Source: Chrysomallon squamiferum
Taxonomy: Eukaryota; Animalia; Mollusca
Assembly (NCBI GenBank): GCA_012295275.1
Contig: CM022673.1
Span: 5,146,001-5,210,000, forward strand
DNA: 64,000 bases
Reading direction: 5' to 3'
Shown here: positions 53,902 through 64,000 of the stretch, one piece after another
Numbering within the stretch: the first letter of the stretch is position 1
Layout: every line of letters starts with the position of its first letter
Made by a program: the position numbers and the translations under genes
Notes under the pieces: generated by a model
What the model was told of the DNA's origin: nothing
The model's input: only the letters and a program-made list of their open reading frames with translations
Database searches by the model: none

Positions 53902-56130
53902 ACGGAAAAAAAAAAGAGAGAAAAAAAAATCCCTTTAATATTTGCTATCTCCTTAGCTACAGACATTTCTGTAATAAAGAAAGCAAATATTACGCATTCA
54001 TCCTGTGAAATGTATTTTACGTTTTCTCTTCTGTTATTTATGCCTGACTGAAAGGTGATAAAAAGTTTGTTAGGTAACAGCATATAAATCTCTCTTTGAA
54101 GCCCAAAAAACAGAGTGAAAAACAAATACAATAACATGGTTAGGGAAACCAAAAAAAAAAAGAGATCGCGGAAATTCAAATATTTACTTTATCAGATGTA
54201 ATTTAAAGATTTGAGAAATGAAATCGTATTTAAAAAAAAAAAAAAAAAAAAAAAATTAAAAGAAAATTTTCTTTGATGTGAGAAAATCAAATCTGTGATC
54301 ATTTCAGTTATTTCACTGCTTTGAAACAGAAATAAGAATTAAAATATAAAAATGTAATGCTGAATTATGTAAAAATATTTTTAAAGAACAATATTATAAA
54401 TATTAATGTTTTCAAAATAAACATAAAGCTTTCTCTGTGATACTGCTGTTAAACATGAAACATTTTTCTTCAAAGCTTTGAACAGCAGTGATTTTGTTTT
54501 TCTCATCAAGCAAGCATGGGATGGGCAATGCATGTACCTATGCCAGAACATTTTCAAAAAAAAAAGAAGAAAACTCACCCCATTTCAGATTGTAAATAAT
54601 AAATAACTGTAAATTATCTGATGTAATATTTTGCCAAAGCACCTACTTTCCAAGAGACATTCACAGCCTCAGATCTACTCACAAATATGTAACAACAATT
54701 CTTGTTACATTCTTGTGAGCAGGTTTGATGCTGTGAATATGTAACAACATTTCTTGTTTGTAAGCTAATTCTTGTTTTAACACTCCATTCTTCTATAATG
54801 GATTAAAAGATGGCCAGAAACACCATTAAATATTAATCTTCCTGTAAACTTGTGTAATGTTAATTCAATAACAATGGCCACAGGAGGCAATTATGTGACT
54901 TGTTATCTGAAATTTGGCAATTAAAATGCAATTTTGATCTATTAATAGTTTGTTGTCTAGACTTTGTGATGCCGAGACAAAGTCACTTGTTAATTATTTA
55001 TTGTCAAAACAAAATAATTATTTTAAATTCAGTTCAGTAATGATAATTGTGTTTTGAATAATATAAAGACAAAAAAAAAAAAAAGTTTGCAATAAAATAT
55101 ATCAGAAGTAAAATGTTGCATAAAACGGATGATAAAATAAAAGAAAGAGTTGAAGAAAAAAGTTAAGGAACGAAAATGATAGTAAAAGCAAGCATATTAC
55201 AGAATCAATTTTTAATTTTAATTTTTTAATTTTTTTTTTATAACTAGAAAGGTGAAATATGAACAGAAATAAAAAAAAATGAATGAGGATGAAAAGGTGT
55301 AGGTAGAAAAATAAATTAGAAAAGGATGCATGAAGAAAACAAAATAAAACAAGAAAATGATGACTGGGAAGGCAGAAAATACTAGTGTAGTAAACAAATG
55401 TATGAAAGAGATAAACAGAAAAATTGAGAGAAAGAGTGGAAAGAGAAAAAGAAAGAAAAAGAAAAAGAGACAATGTGAGAAAGTGAGAGAGAAAGAATGA
55501 GGAGAGGAAGAAAGGAAGAAAGAGAAAAAGGAATAGAGAGAGAAGATGAATAAGAGAAGAGACTTGAGAGATGCATGGAAAATGTCTGTTAGAGAAAGCA
55601 TAAGGAGATAGAAGGTAAATTTCAAGTAAATATAAAAAGAAGGAAGAAGGAAGAATTAATAAGCTGAAGTAATCTACAAAGATGAGACTGTACAGCTGTA
55701 GTAGATACTGTGGAGAAATTAAATTCTAGTCAGTACAGTAACTAAAGGATCACTTTGTTTACAAGCTAACATACACAAACAGGAACCTTGCTTGCCCTTG
55801 GCAAGGTTTGTTATGCTCAAATGGTTAATTAATATTTCTTTTTTACCTTTGTGGAAAAGCTGTGTGTTTATTCCTATTATAACTGCACTTTTTAATCTTT
55901 ATGTTGAAGGATTGTTGGGAAAAATTAATTTTCCACACTATTTTTGTTGTAAGTAACTACTATTTGCTTATGAATATTCACAAATACAAATGTATGGGCA
56001 TTTATCAGAAACACATGAACAGCATAAAAATCTAATATTTTTATTTATTTTTTTTAAATTTTAAAGTTCTTTCTCAGTTATGGTTATTCTTGATTAGTTT
56101 GTGAATTATTGAACCATTTTTAATTTTTAA

Positions 56131-56411
56131 GGCCATTTTGCTGTCATGGTTACAGTTGGCTAACAATCTCAAAAGTACAATTTTGTGACATACAAAAATC
56201 ATTGTATTCTAATGTCTATGCACTTATTAGTAACTCTTAACCTTTCATAAATTTCTATGATCAAGCAATGAAGGATTTTTAAAATCTGCTAAGAAACAGG
56301 TAACAGGTTCAAGATTAAATATTTGCTAATTCATCTTTTATATCTTTTATAATCCACTAAAACTTGACTACACTATTTAAAAATAATCAATTTTTTAATA
56401 TGTGATGGCCC
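56131..56411. mobile_element. Possible second TTAA-flanked Kolobok-like element
   Basis: TTAA|GGCCAT ... ATGGCCC|TTAA; only about 6 bp of inverted match. Confidence 0.3.
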
Positions 56412-56592
56412 TTAAAAAATATAAATTATTCTGGCCTAAAAAAAAATAAAAGAAGAAAAAAAACGGGAAAAAAAAAGTAAATACCACCTCAAAGACCCCA
56501 ACAACAAAAAAAAAAAAAAAACACAACAACAATCAAATGACTACAACAAGAAATAAAAAAAAAATAATAATTAATAACAGATAATTCTATAC

Positions 56593-57451
56593 CTTTCATA
56601 AACTTCTCAAGATCTGGCATCACTGGATGATCTCGTTCCTCAGCTGCCTGTAGTGTGAGAATCTTCTCAGGAAACACCCAGTTCCAGCTCCCATGAGTAA
56701 CATTGGACACCAGTGTAATCAGTGTAGTGATGTCCAGATTCACCTGCTGGATGCTCTCTATGCTTCTAGCATATTCATCATGTTCAGTCAGAGACATGTA
56801 GTCTGGTAGTTCACTCAGCAGTTCGGTTGCCAGAAACGTAGGTTCAGGTTTTCTGAGAATACTGATCTTGTCATCATCACAAGATGACTCTTCTTCAGCT
56901 TTCCCTGACTTTGTCAAAGAAACTTCTGAATATGAATCAAAACTGTTTTTTTTATAAAACATGTTTGTATCTGGGTTAGGTGGTTTATCTGTAGATTGAA
57001 ATGAAGTTGCTGAATCACAAGATAGAGAAGCATCATTTAAAGATTGAGCATATATTACAAAATGCCTTTGAATTATCACCTGAATTATCAAAAACATTTA
57101 TTTTTTCAATGTTAAGGAGTTCAGCACTCGTTTTCTTCGTGGATTCCTTCTCTTTAAATATGTTATTGTCCCTGATTTGGATAAGGTTGACTTCTGAATC
57201 AGAGTCTTCAGAATCTGAATTCTCTGGAAAGACACTAAGAAGTTTTTCCTCCACACTGCCATCAACAGCAACCTCGCTGCCCCAGACGGTTATCTCCCTT
57301 TTCCTCAGTGCTGTTGCCATTGGCTGGGTGACACCATTGTAGAAGCAGAAGTGAACTTCAGGTATGATGAAGTTGTGGTGATGATGCTGCACAGCTTCAA
57401 GGTAGTCATCAGCCTGACGTAGAAGATCTCGTTCACCAAACTGACCTTGAC
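56593..57451 (-). CDS. C7orf25: UPF0415 / C7orf25 homolog, large internal exon (frame break near 57030-57080)
   Basis: ttcacag| GQGQFGERDLLRQADDYLEA..PEVHFCFYNGVTQPMA..ITVWG, then in another frame VNLDITTLITLVSNVTHG..FPEKILTLQAAEER..PVMPDLEKFMK G|GTATAG. Both blocks match C7orf25 as I recall it. Confidence 0.85.
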
Positions 57452-57491
57452 CTGTGAATAGATTAGCATATCCTGATTAAACATATATGTA

Positions 57492-57599
<108 letters not shown>

Positions 57600-58683
57600 C
57601 AGAATTATAAAAGAAAAAGACAAAATGAGGAAGAAAAATGAAAAAAAAAAATGGCTAGAGTAAGAAGACGTGAGATAACAAATAAAAAAGTTCAGAATGA
57701 CAATGAAGGACACAAAGTGATAAAGAAGAAAAAAAGATTGAAATATAAATCTAGCTGAACCATTTTAATCTGAAAGTAAATATTAAACAAACAAACAAAA
57801 ATAAAAAAGAATAAAAAAGTCAAAACTAGCAAATTTTTCTGTTTTAATGTTATTCAAAAATACATTTATAATCTTGACTCTTACAGATGCAATAATAATA
57901 ATGGCACATTTTATCAGGCAATAAGTCCAATTAATCTTGGGTTTTAATATTTTTAATATCCTTAAACTAAGACTTTAAAAATGCAAGAATTACATCAGCA
58001 CACTACAGTTTAACAAACAAAAAAAACAGTTACTGGATGGGGGTGATAAGAACAAGCTGGAAAATAAATAATGAAAAAAACCCAACCCATATCATTAAAA
58101 ACAGTAAAATAATTAATAAAAATTAGAGTAATCTGACAAAATTCATCAGTGGATCCACATCACTGACAGAATGAAATTATTATAAGTTTTCTGATCCAGA
58201 AGTTTCTATCACCAAGATGGGTATCACATGGTGAAAATTTCAACTATGGTAGAAATAGATGATACCAGACTGATAAAAACACAATACTATATACCAGATA
58301 TTCTGTTATCCCTCATGATTAGAAATTTAATAATGATTATATTAATGTGAATACAACATTTACAGACCGAGTTGAGTGTACTGGTACATGACACAGAAGT
58401 GAATTATTTTAAGGTTGAGTATGAAACAGTCTTATTTGCAAAAATCTTTCATATTTTATTTTTCAAGATTAAGGATACACTGAGAGTTTATTGAACAATC
58501 CCATATCTTTTATTTTAGGGTATGTTTTCAGATTTTCGAATAATAAATACTTTATATATATATATAAAGTATATTAAATAACAATAATAATAAGAAGAAG
58601 AAGAATAGTAGAAATAGTAGAAGCAGTAATAATAATATTAGTAGGTGTAGTAGTAGCAACAATAGTAGTAGTAGTAATAGCAG

Positions 58684-58717
<34 letters not shown>

Positions 58718-59039
58718 AATAAAATTAAATAGACTACATAAAAAAAAAAATTTAAAAAAAAAAAAGAAAAAAAGTTTATAACTAAAATACTGAAAATAAA
58801 ATAAAACAAAAACCACCAAAAACAACACTGAGCCATGATATCCTGTCTTCCATCTTGAAGTTCACTAAAAACAGTTAATTCTTCCTTTATAACTCAATTG
58901 AAGCACTTGAATTGAATGACCTTTTGCAAGAAATGGGGAATAATAAAGGTTTTTCTTGAAAAAAGGTTAATGTAAATCCAATAAAATGCATCTCAAGAAC
59001 AGGAGGTGTCAGTGACACAGGAACATTTAAATCCCTTGT

Positions 59040-59690
59040 TTTTCTTTTCTGCAAATCTTTTGGTTTTACTTGCCTTTTTTATGTATTTCCTTTTTTCACT
59101 ATTTCTACAATACATTGGCAGGTTTTATGTATTTTTTTTTTTTTTTTTTTTTTTACTAATTCCACAATTCTCTTAGTTTTCACTGGCAGTTTTTATGTAT
59201 TTTAAATTTTTTTTCTTGTTTTACAATTTTTTTTTTCTTTCATTGGCATTTTTTTTTTTTTTGTATTTTCTTTCTTTTCTTGATCTGCAATTCTTTTAAT
59301 TTCACTGGTAGTTCTCAAGTATTTAAAAAAAAAAAATTCTTGTTCTGCAATTCTTTTAGTTTCATTGGCAGTTTTTATATATTTTTCTTCCCATATCTCT
59401 ATTTCTACAATTCTTAAATGTATTTAAAATTTTTGTTCTTTTTCTGCAATTCTTTTAGTTTCATTGGAAGTGTTTGTATTTTCTTGTTTGTTCTGGTTCT
59501 GCAGTTTTTTTTAGTTTCATTAGCAGTTTTTGTATTTTCTTTTTTTTTTCTTCTTTTCTTGTTCTGCAATTCTTTTGGTTTCATTGGCAGTTTTTGTATT
59601 TTTCTTTTTTTTTCTTTTTCTGCAATTCTTTTACTTTCATTGGTGGTTTTCAATTTTTTTTTTTTTTTTTTTTTCTCTAGTTCTGCCGTT
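59040..59690. repeat. ~55-70-bp tandem repeat with variable poly-T linkers
   Basis: Core tctgcaattcttttagtttcattggcagtttt repeated about 10 times. It explains the K-rich and F-rich ORFs at 59414-59747. Confidence 0.85.
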
Positions 59691-60345
59691 TTCAGATTCA
59701 TAAGCAGTTGTCATGTTTTTTGGTTTTTTTTTATCCCCCCTCTTTAATTCTTTTTTGACTAAAACAAGCAACATCATACAAAATAAAATCTTTCTTACAC
59801 AATAAAAATATAAAAATAATTTTAATTTTTTTATTTTGTTTTAGCCACTCTCATCGGCATTCTGTGAACTTCATTCTGATTTATTCATTAATTTACTTTC
59901 TTTTAAGCAACATGCTGATTGCAGTGTTCAATTTTCTCGAGAGACAAACACTTTTCTCGTCACAGAGCGAAGATGCTTCAAGGAGTAGTAATACAAAAAT
60001 AGAACTTATTTTGTTGGCAAAATCATTAAATTCACTGAAATGGAATAACTGTTCAATATGGCAGGGAAGAAAGGGCCCTGCAGGCAAATGATTCTGATGA
60101 GAATAACCCCAGCATGCCTTAAAATATTTATTAACATCAGTAATGTAATATTTAGCAGCAAACTGTGCCAAAGTCTTGTTGCTACATCATTACTAGCATA
60201 AATGTTTGGAAAATTCATTCTGATAAAAAAAAACACTGGACAGCATCAATTGTGACATCACTGGATCACAGATTATGTAATTAATGTAGTTATTTGAATA
60301 ACTTCTTGCTTCTGGTAACAAGGACTCTGAAGTCTTGTTTGCACG

Positions 60346-60387
<42 letters not shown>

Positions 60388-60518
60388 TGTGTGTGTGCAC
60401 ACATGTGCGTTACTAACACACCACCAACTAAAATATGTTATTATTAATTTGTTATGTTTTTTAATTTAAAAAAAAAAGCTTTTATCGTGTTGTTAAAAAA
60501 TATTTCTCCTTCTTTTGT

Positions 60519-60563
<45 letters not shown>

Positions 60564-61599
60564 GGCAGTACATTGATTAGGTTTCTAAGAAAGATGTGAT
60601 ACAGCCAGTAATTACTTTCTCAAGTTTGAAAATGTTATGTGACATTCATGAAGATATGCAAATAATCTGTACATAAATATAATTAGTCTTTAAATATTAC
60701 CTTAGCACTTCCACCTTAGCACACATAAACACAAATCTGCACACATACACACAACTCAAATAACAGACACATGCACACACATAAACACATACACATACAA
60801 ACACAAACACTCAGACACACATACATAAATGAAACAAAACAAAAGCCTATTTAGCAGATTTTTTTTTTTTTTTTTTTTTTTTTTATTGTCTTAGTTTATG
60901 ATTAGCAAAGATTAATTTTAATAACAATAAAAGAATCTCTCGGGATTATGTAAAATAATACATGCCATTAACAGTCTGCTATGAGTGAATGATTTCAGAG
61001 TGTAATGACACTGCAGGAATCTTTCACTCTTATGTGACGATGTTTGGCTTGCTTCCAATTGTATAAATAATTCTGATGTCAAAATTGAAAATGACAAACC
61101 CAGAAAGAACTTGTTACATCTATAAATAAATATATATATATATATATATGAATACTCATGAAAATATTATCATGTACCACTTCAACTGAAATCATCACAT
61201 GAAATATATATGAAGTGACATTTTCCAAATGCTGAAAACAAAATGTCAGGAATAAAATCTTTTACCAAAATAAGTTTATTAACAGAAGTAAATCACTTTT
61301 CATTTACTTTTTGTGAAAAATGTCTGCCAAAAATAATTCAGACGGTAAGCAGTGACCTTTTATCAAATGTAGATTTGGTATTTAAAACTATATGATATTG
61401 CTTCCACAACAAATAATTAAATGGACAGGTAATTTGATAGGACTATAGCTTAGAGAAATATGGCCATAACTTAGAGTTTAGAATGTTCACCTGAGCTATG
61501 ATGGTTTGCAGGACAAGTTCTGTTCCAGCAAAAGTTCCAAAATTTGTTTGTAAAAGGTGATAGTGTAAAACATTTTTGTCTATAGAAAGATGTATAAAA

Positions 61600-61851
61600 G
61601 TGAGAGAGAAAGAAATAAGACTCTCACACATATAGTTATCCACTCTTCTAAGTATAAAAACCAAATAAATTAATAAGTAAATAGCAGCAAGTGATTTTTT
61701 TACATGCACCTTTTCATAAACAGTAAAAAAACAAAAAAAATTTTTTTTTTTTTTTTACAGTACTGTCAGGAAATCTGTCCAAAAGGTTCATTACTGAGAA
61801 TTGATCCTGCAACTCAACATGCTTCAGGCTATCACTTTATCCATCAAGCTA
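61600..61851 (-). mobile_element. Decayed tRNA-derived SINE (same family as 3430)
   Basis: Minus strand TAGCTTGATGG..GCCTGAAGCATG..GGATCAATTC (A/B-box-like) and body GCATGTAAAAAAATCACTTGCTGCTA. Confidence 0.45.
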
Positions 61852-62239
61852 GTCAGCTCTTTGCTGTAATGCATCAAAACCGAACATCTGTAGGAAATGC
61901 CGGTAATGTGAAAATCAATCACCGAAAGTCTTGTTTTGTGTGTTCATCCAGAACATAGAACAGAACATTTCTCAGTTAGTGGATGTTTCCACCTCACTGC
62001 ACATACTGGCTTATTTCCTGTTTCAGGCTCATGTAACACTGACTACAATGATCTGTACCAGGTCAGTAAATTGCATGTTTTTAGTTGTTGTTGTTTTTTT
62101 CAACAGAAATGTAATACAGAAAAGTGGGGGGGAAAAAGCAAGGAAAGGAAGGAAGAAAAGAAAAGAAAACAGAAAGAATAAAATAAAGACAAAATATATT
62201 AAAAATATAATGATAATTACTTAACTTTATTATAATATA

Positions 62240-62910
62240 AATACCTTCACCATTTTATCTTCAATCATTTTGCATCATGAATACTAAAACCAAGTTTTAT
62301 TTAACATTTCTGCATTATAAATACTTTACCCAATTTATCTTGAGCATTTTTGCATCACAAATGCTCTAACCATTTTATCTTTAACCTTTTTTGCATCAAA
62401 ACTAGTCTGATTTATCATCAACCTTTTTGCATGGCAAACACTCTCACCAATTTATCTTTAACCTTTTTGCTTGACAGATGGTCTAACCAATTTTTCTTGA
62501 ACCTTTTTGCATTACAAACACTCTAACCAATCTGTTTTTAACCTTTCTGCATGGCAAATACTCTCACCAATTTAACCTTTTTGCAGGACAAACAGTCTAA
62601 CCAATCTGTCTTTAACCTTTATGAATAACAGACAGTCTAACCAATCTGTCTTTAACCTTTATGAATAACAGACAGTCTAAACAATCTGTCTTTAACCTTT
62701 ATGAATGACAGACAGTCTAACCCAAATATCTTTAACCTTCATGAATGACACATACTCTAACCAATCTGTCTTTAACCTTTTTGCATGACAAATGCTCTGA
62801 TCAATTTATCTTTATCCTTTTTTTTCAACAAATTCTCTTGCAGCTAACAATCCTTTTTTAACCTTTTCTTGCATGTGGAAACACCTTTGGAATCTATCTT
62901 CAACCTTACT
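62240..62910. repeat. 40-bp minisatellite, ~16 copies, most homogeneous in the centre
   Basis: Unit CTAACCAATCTGTCTTTAACCTTTATGAATAACAGACAGT. Confidence 0.9.
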
Positions 62911-64000
62911 GAATACCAAATACTCTTGTGCTTGCTATCAAGCTGAATCACACCACACATAAACTGAAATGATTTACCGCTCGCAGAAGAGAAAAGCTGT
63001 CCTCGTAGTAATGAGAGGACAAGATGGTGAGAAGCATTTCATCTTGCCAATCAGCTGCTCATTAACATCTCAAGAAATGCAATTACTCTAATCGTATAAA
63101 TCTGCAGTACGTTTTTCACTGATAACAAGGTGTTAGCTGTTTCTCTTCCGACATATTTTTCTCAGCTATCGAATCCCGGATTTGGGGATTTCGTAACCTT
63201 AACGAGGTTTCTGCTGTATTATTTATCTGAGGATTTTGGATATCTGCCTGATAAATAATGAATTGGATTAATGGGTAAAAACATTATTTAATCTTGAATT
63301 CAAGGACAAGATGTATTATGTAAATAGCAGCGGAGAGAAATTACAAGGTATTTTATTAATTGTGTGAGATAGCAGAAGGAAAAAAATAAAAAATAAAAAA
63401 TAATAATAATAAAAAGTTTATCTTCGATATACAGTGACCAATAATTATTATACATTTGCACATATTTATATTTGATAACATTTTTTTTTTTTCAATACAG
63501 ATTTATATGTGGAGGGCTTAGATTAAGTTTTTGTTGTCTTTTTTTTAAAATATGTAATGTTGTTTTCATTTTTCTTATTTAAAAAAAAAAAAAAAAAAAA
63601 AATAAAAAATTAATACACTTTTATAAAACAAATTATTTAACAAGATTTTTGAAAAAAGTAAGAAAGAAAAATTGCCATTTTTAGGCTGCTCCTTCTGATT
63701 AACAGCAAATAATCTTTTATTTATACTTTTTAACAGACACAAAAGTGTACTCTAGGTACTAATAAAAATCACAAATAGCCAGAGTGTCTTGCAGCCATCA
63801 TGTTTCAGACCTGTGAATTAGTTTGAAACTGCACCTGAGCTTTCATGCATTTTAAGTTGCTCGTTCACATTTTTAAAAACAAACCAGACTGATTAGATGT
63901 ATAAATTTTCTTGTGACTGTAAATTAAAGATAACCAGACAAATTTACATAAAGATATTCAGTACAAGAAAGAGTCATAAAAATGCCAAGCAAATCTCTAA

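Noticed and set aside
55102-55625. Hydrophobic F/L/S-rich ORFs (also 53805-54179, 58552-58836, 11326-11616 and similar)
   Set aside because: Translations of purine/pyrimidine-skewed low-complexity intronic DNA; no splice-consistent gene model.
59040-59690. Constant core with variable linkers (CRISPR-like) and a Lys-rich ORF
   Set aside because: Linkers are just poly-T tracts of variable length; an ordinary degenerate minisatellite.
59864-60236. ORFs as candidate 5' exons of C7orf25
   Set aside because: No resemblance to the conserved N-terminal motifs (STNL.H, VDVV, W.K.I.R); the true exons probably lie beyond the window.

Overview
AT-rich, CpG-depleted metazoan genomic DNA with spliceosomal GT-AG introns and many micro- and minisatellites. 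The repeat and LINE style suggests a mollusc, but that is inference. I reconstructed three protein-coding genes by hand. (1) Minus strand, 15264-17231: three coding exons, about 510 aa, with an unusual architecture of a USP4/11/15-type DUSP-UBL module, a coiled coil and a C-terminal KCTD/T1-type BTB domain. (2) Plus strand, 23732-34051: a NRAMP/SLC11 (DMT1/Malvolio-like) metal transporter with 12 recognisable coding exons; the usual TM7-TM8 loop exon could not be found. (3) Minus strand, 45159-57451: the 3' part of a C7orf25/UPF0415 homolog whose large exon has a frame break; its 5' exons were not found in the window. CpG-rich promoter-like patches lie at about 12.4-12.8 kb (first exon of an unidentified minus-strand gene) and about 19.0-19.25 kb. 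Mobile elements are an internally deleted RNase H-bearing LINE, a Tc2/pogo-type MITE, two TTAA-flanked Kolobok-like elements and SINE remnants. Several NRAMP introns start with tandem copies of their own exon-intron junction. No CRISPR, rRNA or tRNA genes are supported.
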